Shown piece by piece: positions 45,092 to 55,837 of a stretch of DNA of 64,000 nt. The first letter of the stretch is position 1. Each line of letters opens with the position of its first letter. Position numbers and translations under genes: made by a program. Under the pieces are notes generated by a model, which was not told where the DNA came from, searched no databases, and saw nothing but the letters and a program-made list of their open reading frames with translations. This DNA is from a virus (Duplodnaviria > Caudoviricetes): IMG/VR virus record IMGVR_UViG_3300026549_000036. One strand, given 5' to 3'.

Positions 45092-45721
45092 ATGCTTACC
45101 ACTGACGGAATGTACGCTTTATATCGTGAATTGAAAGGTTTGTTGGAGAAACCTACTCCATCCAAAGTAAAGAAGTTTACAACAAACTATTTCAGGTATT
45201 TCACAGAACATTACTATAATGCTACGGCTAATTGGAGTGCTGGAGCAAGTAATTTCGTGACCTTAACAAATGCGATTAACAGTGGGCATTTCTCATTGGA
45301 TGCGTTCTGTGTAATCTTCATTGGGTATTACATAACGCAGAACAAATTGCTAACACAAAAATCATTGAATAGTATTGACAAGCTGAAGGAATTAAATAAA
45401 TTTTATACACAATTTGAAATGACAAAACAAATTGAGTATATAAATAAGAAAATTGAAAATTCGGTAGATACAGAAGATGCATTTGCCGATTTCACACAAA
45501 CAAAACTAGACGTATATAAAGTCGGAGAAGACCAAAAGAATACTTTATATGAAATGATTAAATCAGGTGAAGTTAATCTAATTCATTTCGTGATTGCGTG
45601 GCATAACCACAAGTTCGAAATAAATGAGAAATTGATTACTGACGAAGATTATCGTAGATTTATACAGTATATGAAGGTTGTAAGACACAATATGTACAAA
45701 GTAACAAAAACTACTGTTTAA
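45092..45721 (+). CDS. Probable gp59-like helicase loader
   Basis: Size (209 aa) and position immediately before gp32; no strong motif. Confidence 0.45.
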   Translation: MLTTDGMYALYRELKGLLEKPTPSKVKKFTTNYFRYFTEHYYNATANWSAGASNFVTLTNAINSGHFSLDAFCVIFIGYYITQNKLLTQKSLNSIDKLKELNKFYTQFEMTKQIEYINKKIENSVDTEDAFADFTQTKLDVYKVGEDQKNTLYEMIKSGEVNLIHFVIAWHNHKFEINEKLITDEDYRRFIQYMKVVRHNMYKVTKTTV

Positions 45722-45844
45722 TTTATCATAATAGTTTTGTTGAAAACGAAGTTATGAAAAATGAAAATTTTGAAATGACATCGTGATAGTTTTTTATATT
45801 TGTGATAGATTAAATGGTGAACAAATTATTAGGAGAAAATAAAT

Positions 45845-46798
45845 ATGCCAATTAAAAGAGATTTCCAAGGTTATTTTTCACAGATTCAACACGCAGGTAA
45901 TGCTGGTGGTGATACCGCAAAGAAATCATACAAAGTAGAAAATGCATTCACACCTGTCCTCAAGGATGGTTCGTATGAAGTAGTTATGCGTTTTCTTCCT
46001 TCTCACCCAGACGAAATTAGCCCATTCATTGAAAACAGAAACCACATGTTTCAGTTGAAGAATGGTACTTGGTTTGGTTGCGATTGTTTGAGTAAGTTCG
46101 GTAAGCCATGTCCGATTTGCGATTATAACCGTGCTATGTGGAAGAAGTATTCAAAAGAAGAAGCCAAAACAAAGACACTTGGCAAGTTTAAGCCAAATTA
46201 TGTTTCCAATGTTTTGATTGTTCGTAATGACAATGCTCCTGAAACAGAAGGAAAGGTATTCCGTTTTGAATACAAGTCTCTCGTTATGGGTCTAATTTCC
46301 AAGGCCATGACTGACCACGAAGACCCAGAAGAAGGCATTATCAAGGGTTATAACCCCTTTGATTGGAAGACTGGTGCAAACTTCATTTTCAAGGGTACAC
46401 AAGCAGGTAAATTTGTTAAAAACGATATGTCTGCTTTCGGTGCTCAAAAGCCTATCAACAAGTGGGATAGAGCCACAAAGAAGTATGTTCCATTGACAGA
46501 CGAAGAAATTGACGCTATTGAAGCTCAACTCTACACTCTCGCCGATTGTGAACATAAAGAAAGTGATGTTCGTGATTACCAGGGCATTTTGGATTCTTAT
46601 TTGAAGAAGAATGGCTCACCACTCGGTGCCGACGAAGGTTTGTCCTTCGGTAATGGTGTTGTTGCTACCACAACAAAGGCCACTGCCGCAGCTACAACCA
46701 CAGTCCCAGATGATGCGGAATTCACACCAGCCACAGACCCAGTAGTAGATGAAGTTACTGATAGTGACGATTTCTTCAGTAAATTGTCTAATATGTAA
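45845..46798 (+). CDS. 32: ssDNA-binding protein gp32
   Basis: MRFLP, CPIC, P..EGKVF, NPFD..GANF and an acidic tail DSDDFF. Confidence 0.93.
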   Translation: MPIKRDFQGYFSQIQHAGNAGGDTAKKSYKVENAFTPVLKDGSYEVVMRFLPSHPDEISPFIENRNHMFQLKNGTWFGCDCLSKFGKPCPICDYNRAMWKKYSKEEAKTKTLGKFKPNYVSNVLIVRNDNAPETEGKVFRFEYKSLVMGLISKAMTDHEDPEEGIIKGYNPFDWKTGANFIFKGTQAGKFVKNDMSAFGAQKPINKWDRATKKYVPLTDEEIDAIEAQLYTLADCEHKESDVRDYQGILDSYLKKNGSPLGADEGLSFGNGVVATTTKATAAATTTVPDDAEFTPATDPVVDEVTDSDDFFSKLSNM

Positions 46799-46852
46799 TC
46801 TGTGAAAATAAATAAATAAGTTTAGAAATAAACGATTTTATCAAATCCACCA

Positions 46853-46881
46853 TTGACAACAGTGGTGGATTTTCTTATTTT
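46853..46881 (+). promoter_or_regulatory. Promoter within a hairpin
   Basis: TTGACA-17-TATTTT; inverted repeat AAATCCACCATT/AGTGGTGGATTT. Confidence 0.65.
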
Positions 46882-46905
46882 TAAAGAAAAAAGGAACATA
46901 TAACT

Positions 46906-47826
46906 ATGAATTATTGGCACAACACAAAACTAAAAATCTTGAACTTCACTCACTGCGATATGGATGGTGCTGGCGCGGGCATTGTCATTAAGAACTACTT
47001 CCACGATGTTATAACTGAGTCAATTAACTACAGTGCTGAAAATACTATCCTTCAAAAAATGATTAAATACAAGGACCAATTTGACGCAGTTATCTTTACA
47101 GATTTTTGTCCTTGTAATCTGACAGAAGTCAAAGCTTTTGGTAAGCCAGTTCTCGTTTTAGACCACCACGAAAGCGCTGTCAAGTATAATAACCCCAAAG
47201 AATTTGTTTATGTTTGTCCAGGTCATTGTGGTGCGAAACTCGCATTAACTTATTTTAATCACGATGATTGCTTGAAACATTTGACTGAACTCATTGAGAT
47301 TGTAAACGATTTTGACCTGTATCTTTTGAAGGACCCACGCAGTAAATGCTTTAATTCTCTTTACTGGGATATGGGATTTAACTGGTTTATGAACCGATTC
47401 TACAATGGTGACATTGAATTGAGCAAAGCAGAAAAGGCTTTCCTTGTTCGTAAACAGAAGGACTTCAAGAAACACTATGACCAGTTAGAAATTTCTGAAC
47501 TTAAGAATGGTGGTGTGTTCTGTTATTCCGAAAAGTACATTTCGGAGATTACTGACGCATTAAGGAACGAAGGTTACAAGTGGGTTGTAATTTATCGTCC
47601 TGGTTATCTTTCTGTTCGCAGTTCGGATGATAGCAACATTAACCTTGTTGAGGTCGCAAAGATTGTTGGTAAGGGCGGTGGACACGAACAGGCCATTGGT
47701 ATTCCACAAGAAAAAGACCAGCTAGATGCTTTAATCGCAAAGGTTGATGACGCAGTAGACACTTATTTGAAACTCAAAACAAATCCACCATCTGACGAAT
47801 TTATGAATAAACTAAAGGGAATGTAA
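46906..47826 (+). CDS. DHH-family phosphoesterase
   Basis: THCDMDG, LDHH, SVRS and GGGH motifs. Confidence 0.9.
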   Translation: MNYWHNTKLKILNFTHCDMDGAGAGIVIKNYFHDVITESINYSAENTILQKMIKYKDQFDAVIFTDFCPCNLTEVKAFGKPVLVLDHHESAVKYNNPKEFVYVCPGHCGAKLALTYFNHDDCLKHLTELIEIVNDFDLYLLKDPRSKCFNSLYWDMGFNWFMNRFYNGDIELSKAEKAFLVRKQKDFKKHYDQLEISELKNGGVFCYSEKYISEITDALRNEGYKWVVIYRPGYLSVRSSDDSNINLVEVAKIVGKGGGHEQAIGIPQEKDQLDALIAKVDDAVDTYLKLKTNPPSDEFMNKLKGM

Positions 47827-48026
47827 TATGCGGAAAACTTTTAGGGAATTTTTATTTTTCTCTGTATTAGCTGTGATGTTGTTAGGTGGCATCAATGCTG
47901 CTCAAGTAGACGAATACATTGAAAGTAAAAATCCATTTCATAAAGAAAAAGTTTTACGCAAAGATTTTTCCGAATGGTATTTCTCAGATTGGCGATATAG
48001 TTGGAAATACGCACATAAATAGTTCA

Positions 48027-48875
48027 ATGCAAGTACAAAACATTAAAAGTCAATTTGATAATAAAATGGTGCCTTTGGAACTCACCGAAGGCGTTATGAA
48101 TAACATAATTAAGTGTATTAAGGACCCTATAACCTGTCCGAATAAAGACAACATTCCACAATGGAAATTCTGTACTGTCAAAGGCAACATACGTTGTAAT
48201 GACAATATGGATAAAACCAACATTCTAATTCTTGACTATGATGATGCTGGTTATTCCTACCAGGAATTTGAAGATAGATTTAGAGGTTACAAATACTACT
48301 TACATACAAGTTATTCCTATAATGGAACTAATAGTAAGTTCCGTGTATTGTTGTTCCTTGACAAAGAATATGATATTGACAAATTGTTCTGTAAGACATC
48401 ACAAGCAATTTATAGTCCATATACTTTGTTAGTAAATTATTTTAATCACGTAGATAAAGCCAGTTTCGTTAAATCACAATTTTTTAAGGTTCCAGCCGTA
48501 AAAGATAAAACTTCTCCATATTACTACAACATTCACGATGGCGAACTGTTCAGTATGGATAACATAACTTCTTTTACATTTGCTTATGAAAATTGTGCAC
48601 AGTTCCTTGAAAACGAAAAGAGAGATAGAGAATACAAAGCACAAGTATTCAAAACTCAATATACTGGTGATTTGACAAAGGCTTTGGAATATGTGAAACG
48701 CAAAATGGAAGCCGCCCTTCCAGGTGAAAGACACAACGCAGTATTTGGATTGGGTGCTTTCTTCCAGCATTGTGGTGGTGACTATGATACGTTCTCACGA
48801 ATTAGACCAAGCTGGGCAGATAAAAAATTTGATTCTCAGATGAAAAGACTTGAAAAGGAATGGTTCAAACTATGA
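48027..48875 (+). CDS. Primase-polymerase-like (AEP + PriCT) protein
   Basis: LDYDD, HTSYS, KFRVLL and C-terminal GERHNAVF. Confidence 0.7.
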   Translation: MQVQNIKSQFDNKMVPLELTEGVMNNIIKCIKDPITCPNKDNIPQWKFCTVKGNIRCNDNMDKTNILILDYDDAGYSYQEFEDRFRGYKYYLHTSYSYNGTNSKFRVLLFLDKEYDIDKLFCKTSQAIYSPYTLLVNYFNHVDKASFVKSQFFKVPAVKDKTSPYYYNIHDGELFSMDNITSFTFAYENCAQFLENEKRDREYKAQVFKTQYTGDLTKALEYVKRKMEAALPGERHNAVFGLGAFFQHCGGDYDTFSRIRPSWADKKFDSQMKRLEKEWFKL

Positions 48876-49605
48876 CAAAAGAAGAACTTGTTAATTTATT
48901 AGAACACTCTGGACTAAACATTTATTTGAGTGAAGCATTTACAACAGATGATAATGAAGATTTCATTATACAAAAATACGCAAGTTATAAACCAACCACT
49001 CAAACTATTTTTGAATTTGAAAATGGTACTACAATAAAGTATTATGACTATTTCCTTCACAAATTGAATTCACCAAATTTTTATGGTGACCTGTATATTG
49101 CTTTACCTGAAAAACCTGGTCTAACATTAGACTATTCGTGCTATAATGAACAAACTATGCTTGACCTTTTGGATAGACGAATTAGGCAATATGAAGAAGT
49201 TTTAAAAGAAGTTAAGCAGAAAAACAAAGAATGGAAAGTTGGGAAGGACTTTGAATGACAATAAATGAAATGATTGAAATGAAGGAGTTCGCTAGAGGTC
49301 TCGGCTATACCATTAGAGAGAATGATTGGGTAGACCGCCGAAAATTTACAGTTCGTTATCCAAATTCAACTCTCTATTCTACTGTGCTTGATTTTACTTA
49401 CGAAGGTTGTGATTATGTTAATTTGGATGAATCTTCAGTTGAAAGACTTATTCCTGGAGATTTTCACGGAAATCCAAGACAAACATTTTATGTTGGTGAT
49501 TTGAATAAAGACGCTGTACAGAATTTTCTAGTTAAAAGATGGAAAGATTATAAGGACTATATTGAAGCCATAAAACTAAATAAAATAGAGAGTGATTTTA
49601 ATTAA
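48872..49605 (+). other. Two DF-tail genes (48872, 49255)
   Basis: End VGKDFE and IESDFN. Confidence 0.75.
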
Positions 49606-49622
49606 ACAAAAGGAGAACCAAT

Positions 49623-51437
49623 ATGAATCTATTTAAAAAGTTCATAGTTATAGCATTGGCTGCGTTTACTCTTAATGCTTCGGCAGTGGGCTTGGCAGAA
49701 AATGCAACCAAGTTCGTGGGTAACATTACCACACGAGGTCAAGTCCGTTCTGATTTCGGTACCTATTGGAACCAGATTACGGCAGAAAACGAATGTAAGT
49801 GGGCATCCATTGAAGGAACCCGTGGAAGATATAATTTTGATGGTTGTAAAGCCGCATATAACTGGGCTAAGCAGAATGGTGGCTACTTCAAATTCCACGC
49901 TTTGCTTTGGGGTTCTCAGTATCCATCTTGGCTTGAAGGATTGAGCGTAGAAGATACAAAGACAGCTATTATGAATTGGTTTGATGCTGTCAAACAGAAC
50001 ATTCCAGACCCAGATATGATTGACGTTGTTAATGAAGCTATTAGAACCGGTAATAACCAGTATCACTCAAACTATCCAAAGACAAAGATAATTCAGGCTA
50101 TGGGTGGTGATAACAACGGCGATTACACATTCATTGTAAATGCGTTCAAAGAAGCTAGAAAAAGATGGCCGAATGCAGTGTTAATTTATAATGACTATAA
50201 TACTGTTCAATGGCAAAAGAACGAAGGTATTCAGTTAATTCAGACCATTAAGAAAGCTGGTGCACCGGTAGATGGTTATGGACTACAAGCACACGATATG
50301 CAAACTGGTGGTGGTGGAAACAATGGTACTGGTGCTAATGGTTCCTGTTTGCCACTATCAACATTGAAGTCTGTTATTGAAGAAATCTGGACAAAGACCC
50401 AGACACCAATGTTCATTTCGGAATATGATATTGCGACCGAAGATGACAATGACCAGAAGAATTGTTATGAACAACAAATTTCTTACTTTATGGAAAATGA
50501 ACATATTGCTGGTATTACAATTTGGGGATATATCTACGGTTCTACTTGGACTACCAACGGAAACTCTGGTATTATCAAGAATGGTAATGATAGACCTGCT
50601 ATGACTTGGTTGAAGTCTTATTTACCATCACACCCAGGTAATAACTCTACTGGATTGTTGGGTAGCACACCAGTTGAACCTGAACCACAAAAACCATTTA
50701 AGGGAAAAGCATTTGATTTGACTGGACCTATTGAAGCAGAAAACTTTGACATTCCAGGTAAGGGCAAGAACGAAGACGGAACAAGTAATGCTTCTTATTC
50801 AGCCAGTGGAAGTTGTGATGGAACTTGGAACACCACATATCGTGAAGGCACAACTGTTAGTATCGGTGAAAAGAATGGTGGTTTAGTTCTAGGTTGTAAC
50901 CCAACTGGAAACTATTTTGAATACACAATTAAGGTTCCTGAAGCAGGTAGATATGTTGTTTACACTACTGTTGCTGCTGAAGGAGATGGTGCGATTATCT
51001 ATAAGGTCGGAGATAAAGCAGTATCCGACACGATTAAATACTCAGGCGATTCTTGGAACAAATTTGAAACAGCTAAAGGATTTGTAACATTTGATTCTCC
51101 AGGTGAACAAATTTTAACATTGGAAGTCGCTCAGGGTTATATTGACATTGACAACTTTGAATTTATGGTTACAGACTGTGCTCCAGGAGATGTAACTTGT
51201 GGTGGTCCTTCAATAGATTGTGATGCCCACCCAGATGCTCCAGGTTGCGACATTGTAGCAATTCCAACTAGAACCTCTAGTCCAAAACTCCAGCACTTCA
51301 CAGTATTTGACGTGAAGGGGTCAGTAATTACCCGAGTAGATAACTACACCATAGAGGGTGCCACTGCGTCCCTAAGACTAAATCCTGGCGTTTATCTGAT
51401 TAAGTCGGACACAGAAATCAAGAAGTTCGTAAAATAA
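49623..51437 (+). CDS. Secreted GH10 endo-1,4-beta-xylanase with a CBM6-like module
   Basis: Signal peptide; TAENECKW, HALLWGSQ, DVVNEA (acid/base), YNDYN, ISEYD (nucleophile), ITIWG; IEAENFD CBM; C-terminal PGVYLIK tail. Confidence 0.93.
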   Translation: MNLFKKFIVIALAAFTLNASAVGLAENATKFVGNITTRGQVRSDFGTYWNQITAENECKWASIEGTRGRYNFDGCKAAYNWAKQNGGYFKFHALLWGSQYPSWLEGLSVEDTKTAIMNWFDAVKQNIPDPDMIDVVNEAIRTGNNQYHSNYPKTKIIQAMGGDNNGDYTFIVNAFKEARKRWPNAVLIYNDYNTVQWQKNEGIQLIQTIKKAGAPVDGYGLQAHDMQTGGGGNNGTGANGSCLPLSTLKSVIEEIWTKTQTPMFISEYDIATEDDNDQKNCYEQQISYFMENEHIAGITIWGYIYGSTWTTNGNSGIIKNGNDRPAMTWLKSYLPSHPGNNSTGLLGSTPVEPEPQKPFKGKAFDLTGPIEAENFDIPGKGKNEDGTSNASYSASGSCDGTWNTTYREGTTVSIGEKNGGLVLGCNPTGNYFEYTIKVPEAGRYVVYTTVAAEGDGAIIYKVGDKAVSDTIKYSGDSWNKFETAKGFVTFDSPGEQILTLEVAQGYIDIDNFEFMVTDCAPGDVTCGGPSIDCDAHPDAPGCDIVAIPTRTSSPKLQHFTVFDVKGSVITRVDNYTIEGATASLRLNPGVYLIKSDTEIKKFVK

Positions 51438-51474
51438 AGAAAAATTTACATTTCTATTAGAAAATTTCTATATT

Positions 51475-51500
51475 GGTGGATTGAGAAATCCACCTTTTTT
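51475..51500 (+). terminator. Intrinsic terminator
   Basis: GGTGGATT-gaga-AATCCACC-TTTTTT. Confidence 0.7.
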
Positions 51501-51513
51501 AAAGGACTAAAAA

Positions 51514-52113
51514 ATGTTAGACTTGACTAATGAAAATGTTTATTTCGTGAGTGATACTCACTTTAACCATACAAAACTCTGTAAAGGCTATGATAACTGC
51601 TTTGACAGAACACGAAAATATGTAACTGTTGAAGAAATGAACGAAGACATTGTTGAACAGTGGAACAAACACATTACGAAAAATGACGTAGTAATTTTCC
51701 TAGGTGACTTTGTTTGGGGAGAACCTTGGTATAAAATGCCTGGTTGGGGAAAGGAATTTTATCCGAAATTGAACAACAAAGGTTTCATTTGGGTTAAAGG
51801 AAACCACGATGGAGTACTCAGTAGAACATTCAAAGGAATGATGCCATTTGTGGAATTTAAATACAAAGATAAAATTTATCTGTGTCAGCATTATGATTTT
51901 AACGAAAGACCTGAACTATTAGATAGTCATAATGCCGACTGCTATGTTCACGGACATACACATACTGATAATAAAACATCCAAATTCAAGAACGGTGCCA
52001 TACAAAATAATGTTTGTTGGGAAGCGTGGTATCGTCCAGTCCACATTGACGAACTTGTCATAAATACTATAAACATTAACAATGATGGAGTTTGGAATGA
52101 ATTTTTTATTTGA
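51514..52113 (+). CDS. Calcineurin-like metallophosphoesterase (paralog of 17588)
   Basis: SDTH, LGD, GNHD and HGHTH motifs. Confidence 0.9.
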   Translation: MLDLTNENVYFVSDTHFNHTKLCKGYDNCFDRTRKYVTVEEMNEDIVEQWNKHITKNDVVIFLGDFVWGEPWYKMPGWGKEFYPKLNNKGFIWVKGNHDGVLSRTFKGMMPFVEFKYKDKIYLCQHYDFNERPELLDSHNADCYVHGHTHTDNKTSKFKNGAIQNNVCWEAWYRPVHIDELVINTININNDGVWNEFFI

Positions 52114-53992
52114 AGGTGGAAATGCTAAAGCCAAAAATGGTGCTGAAGCTTCAAAAGTAAACATTAAGGCTTTTACAGATAAACAATACGAATCATACAA
52201 GTTAGACATTATTAACCTGGTTCTTGCTATCAACAAGAAGTTTGAAGAAGCTTATGACGAACCTTTGTTTCCTTCAAACGATTTAATCACCAGTGCTAAA
52301 ATCTTCTCAGGTTCCGCTAATACATTCTTCAAGAAATCAAAAGAAGAATATACAGCTATTAAATCTGCTTTAGGTGACATTGACGTCCAAGTAAATAAAA
52401 ACAAGAAAGATAAAGTTAAAGAGTTCCTCGTCAATAACGAAGGAACTAATTTTGCTGGCTTTACCTTGTTGGGAACTCAGTTCGGTATGGATTTCTTTAA
52501 CATTTTCCAAGCTCCAAAGAAATACAATCCTGCCGCTACAAACATTCAAATTGACTTTGAATTTGTCTTGTATAATGACAATGGCGACATTGACGAATTG
52601 GATGTTTATATTAGAAATTCCGACTGGGACGATTTGAAAGAAGGCATTAAAGGTTTTGCTAAACAGCGTCTTATTCCTTCTATCTACAAAGCCATCTATG
52701 GTGTTCCAGGTGTTGTATTCCAAAATAAGAAAGACTTGCCTTCTAAGGGTTATAAGAAAGACGAAGTTTCTTACAAAACATTCGGTCCTATGGGTTCAAG
52801 AGTAAAATATAACCAGGTAAAGGACGAAAATGGTAACCCTGTAAATTACGAAGGTAAACCAGCATTTAGAGAAATTCCAACTTCTCAGTCTACATTTAAC
52901 AGAAACTTAGACAACGCATTTGAAGAAATGTTTGGAAAGAAACCTACTGGTGCGGAAAAACAAAAAATGTATTCATTCATTGGTGTTCTTTCTCTTATGA
53001 AAAAATACTTGAATGAAAACCAGATTAAGAGAACATATAAGTTCTTCTACGAAGATATTACAGAAATTACTGACGATGAAACAGTTTTAAATGCTATCTT
53101 TAATAAGTTTAAAGAAGTGTTCCCATTCATAAACGAATCCTTGTCCTTTGAAAAATATGCTCAAAAAATGATGTTGGGCGAAGCATTTAGTAAAGGACTT
53201 GCACCTAAATTTAGTTTGGGAACAATAAATGTTTTCAACAAATACGATTGGAAGATTGGTAATCTACTTGGAGAAGCAAATGAAGTTGCTGGCTCCGAAG
53301 AAAATATGATGTATATTGCCAAGACCATTGTAGATAACATTGAAACTGGTAACGATGGCAAGCCAGCTAAGGTTTGGATGTGTGGTGGTGCTGTAAGAGA
53401 CGAAATCCTTGGCAAACAAAGTAATGACATAGATTTAATGACTAACTGTGATGTCAAAGAAGTAGCACAATTATTTGACAGATGTGAAGTTGCTAGAACA
53501 GGAAATGCTAGATTAGCAAGAGTTTATATTGACAATGACTTGTTTGAATTGGGTTGTCTAGAAGTTGGTGATACCATTGAACATAACCTTGATAGTAGAG
53601 ATTTGACCTGTAATGCTATCTTGAAGGATTTGTCTACTGGAGAATACTTTGACCCTATCGGTGGTATGAAGGATATCCGAGCAAAACGAATTCGTTTTAC
53701 AACGGCTGCTAGAGAAAAAATTTCAGCAGGTAAAGACCCAGCAGAATTGTTGAGAGCCTTCCGCTTTATGGCTCAGCTTGGTTGGAATTTTGCTCCGGAC
53801 ACAGCTAAAGCAATTCAGTCATACTCTAACATTACCGGTGGTAAGATTAAGATTCAGCTCAAAGCAGCATTAGGACCTGCTAACTGGAAGAAACTTATCA
53901 AGGGCAAATACAAAGATAAAGCACTAGCCGCTTTGGAACAATATGGCTTTATGGATTGGGCTAAATCAACATTCCCAGAAGATTTTCAATAA
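52097..53992 (+). CDS. Two-domain nucleotidyltransferase with a C-terminal CCA-adding/poly(A) polymerase-type domain
   Basis: N-domain GS...GDIDV...QIDF; C-domain GGAVRD..G..SNDIDL, RDLTCNA, DP..LLRAFRF. Confidence 0.8.
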   Translation: MNFLFEGGNAKAKNGAEASKVNIKAFTDKQYESYKLDIINLVLAINKKFEEAYDEPLFPSNDLITSAKIFSGSANTFFKKSKEEYTAIKSALGDIDVQVNKNKKDKVKEFLVNNEGTNFAGFTLLGTQFGMDFFNIFQAPKKYNPAATNIQIDFEFVLYNDNGDIDELDVYIRNSDWDDLKEGIKGFAKQRLIPSIYKAIYGVPGVVFQNKKDLPSKGYKKDEVSYKTFGPMGSRVKYNQVKDENGNPVNYEGKPAFREIPTSQSTFNRNLDNAFEEMFGKKPTGAEKQKMYSFIGVLSLMKKYLNENQIKRTYKFFYEDITEITDDETVLNAIFNKFKEVFPFINESLSFEKYAQKMMLGEAFSKGLAPKFSLGTINVFNKYDWKIGNLLGEANEVAGSEENMMYIAKTIVDNIETGNDGKPAKVWMCGGAVRDEILGKQSNDIDLMTNCDVKEVAQLFDRCEVARTGNARLARVYIDNDLFELGCLEVGDTIEHNLDSRDLTCNAILKDLSTGEYFDPIGGMKDIRAKRIRFTTAAREKISAGKDPAELLRAFRFMAQLGWNFAPDTAKAIQSYSNITGGKIKIQLKAALGPANWKKLIKGKYKDKALAALEQYGFMDWAKSTFPEDFQ

Positions 53993-54001
53993 GGATTTAA
54001 A

Positions 54002-55819
54002 ATGCCTACAAAATTAGTTACGATTAAGTCTAAAAGAAAAGAAAATTTTGGTGAACCTGTAGAAGTTAGTGCTTACTACTGGACACCAAAGAATAAATTG
54101 CTCGGCGTTCTTTTCGGTCATTTTGCCCCATTCACAGGAAAATATGGGCATGCCCGCTTGATTTATGAAGCACAAAAACACGGGATTGAAGATTTCGTAG
54201 TTGTTATGCCTACAAATACTTCACCTTTGGATGACAACAGAAATTTATTTACTGACGAACAGAAAATAAAAATTGTCAAAGAAGGTTGTAAAGAATTAGG
54301 AATTAACCTTCTTGATTGCTGGGTTGAAAATTTCAGAGTACCAAATGCTGTAATGGGTATGGTTCAAAGAAAGTACCAAGATTACAGAATTGTTGTTTGT
54401 TGTGGACCAGATAGAGCCAAGCAATATACAAGACTAGCTGTTCCATTTGACATTAACAATACTCCATTTTTAGACCCCGAAGACCCTAACTTTAGAAAAC
54501 AAGAAATGCTTGTTTGCGAAGACAGAGGTGAAAAAGAAATTTCAGGAACTAAAATCAGAGACATTTTGAAAAATGGAACTGTTAGTGAATTTACAAAAGA
54601 AACAGGTTACTCATCTAAAATGTGGGTAATGATGAGAAACTTCATTAAAAAGAACGGAATTGTTGAAATAAATGAATCCTTCTTTGAAAAGTATAACAAA
54701 GAAAAATACTTGAATGAAGAAATGGTAGATACCCCTAAGGTCCATATCAAACACTTGTATAACCCAGGTAACTCAATGCAGTTGAAACCAAATGAATTTT
54801 TGGAAATTATTGACTGGTTGAAAGCACAGAATGGTAAATTAGACGATAACATAAATGTTTCTTATTCCGAGAAATGTGATGGATTGCCTTGTAGATTTGG
54901 ATTGGATAGTAACGGTAGATTCTTCCTAGAACAAGGTAAATCTGGTCCAATTTTTGACGCTGAAGAGTTCACTAACCGAGACATTGAACGTGTTGGTTTC
55001 AAGACTAGAATTAACACAGCTTGGAAAAAGGTCTTTAGAAAACTTGAAAGCGATAAAAAGATTATGAACATTCTCAAAAAATATAATACTGAGAGTGGTC
55101 TAAAGGTTATTGGTGAAGTTTTTATCAACTCAGTAGCTTTCAAAGGAAGAACAGACGATTTAATTCGTTACATTGGTACTGAGTATTATAAGTCCAAAAT
55201 GGGTACTTTCTGTTCATTTGTTCTCATAAATGCTATTGATGGCGAGAACAATGACCTTGAAAATTTTGAACAGTTGAAAAATGCTTTGATAAAAGTTTCC
55301 AGTCCTGAAATTATGTTTGACGATACGAATTACAAAAATAAATTCGGCGCCATAGATTTCAATGACGAAATTAAAGAATTGGACGATGTAATTAAGGGTC
55401 TTGAAAAAGAATTTGGTTCTGATGTCAAGAGCATTTTGGCAAATCCTTCAAGAAAGAAGGACGATTTGTCAAAGAAAAAACGCATTAAAGAACTCATTGA
55501 AGAATACCAAGGTAAGTTTGACAGAAAGATACAAAATCTTTTCAATAAGACAGATGGTAAGTGGGGACCTGAAAGAGAAGGTGTAGTTTTGAAATTAGCA
55601 AACAACATAATGCTAAAAATTACATCAGATAGTTTCAAGAAGTTCCAAGCTAACAATAAAAAAGAAAATGATATTTACGGCTTCCAAAAGCACCGCGAAT
55701 GGATTTTTGGACCAGCTGACGAAGAAGATGAACAAAATGAAAGTCTTTCTACAGTTGTAAATAATTTTTCTAAAATTGTTGGTGAGTTTATTACTGAAAG
55801 CAAACAGTTTAATAAATAG
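54002..55819 (+). CDS. HxGH-type nucleotidyltransferase fused to an ATP-dependent ligase-like domain
   Basis: FAPFTGKYGH, G.DR and ISGTKIR; then SEKCDG, GE, EGVVLK and LKI. Confidence 0.65.
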   Translation: MPTKLVTIKSKRKENFGEPVEVSAYYWTPKNKLLGVLFGHFAPFTGKYGHARLIYEAQKHGIEDFVVVMPTNTSPLDDNRNLFTDEQKIKIVKEGCKELGINLLDCWVENFRVPNAVMGMVQRKYQDYRIVVCCGPDRAKQYTRLAVPFDINNTPFLDPEDPNFRKQEMLVCEDRGEKEISGTKIRDILKNGTVSEFTKETGYSSKMWVMMRNFIKKNGIVEINESFFEKYNKEKYLNEEMVDTPKVHIKHLYNPGNSMQLKPNEFLEIIDWLKAQNGKLDDNINVSYSEKCDGLPCRFGLDSNGRFFLEQGKSGPIFDAEEFTNRDIERVGFKTRINTAWKKVFRKLESDKKIMNILKKYNTESGLKVIGEVFINSVAFKGRTDDLIRYIGTEYYKSKMGTFCSFVLINAIDGENNDLENFEQLKNALIKVSSPEIMFDDTNYKNKFGAIDFNDEIKELDDVIKGLEKEFGSDVKSILANPSRKKDDLSKKKRIKELIEEYQGKFDRKIQNLFNKTDGKWGPEREGVVLKLANNIMLKITSDSFKKFQANNKKENDIYGFQKHREWIFGPADEEDEQNESLSTVVNNFSKIVGEFITESKQFNK

Positions 55820-55837
55820 TATATTAGGAGAATTTCT

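Noticed and set aside
53975-53992. PEDFQ end of the nucleotidyltransferase as a DF-tail member
   Set aside because: It lacks the preceding Lys-rich amphipathic helix and is probably coincidental.
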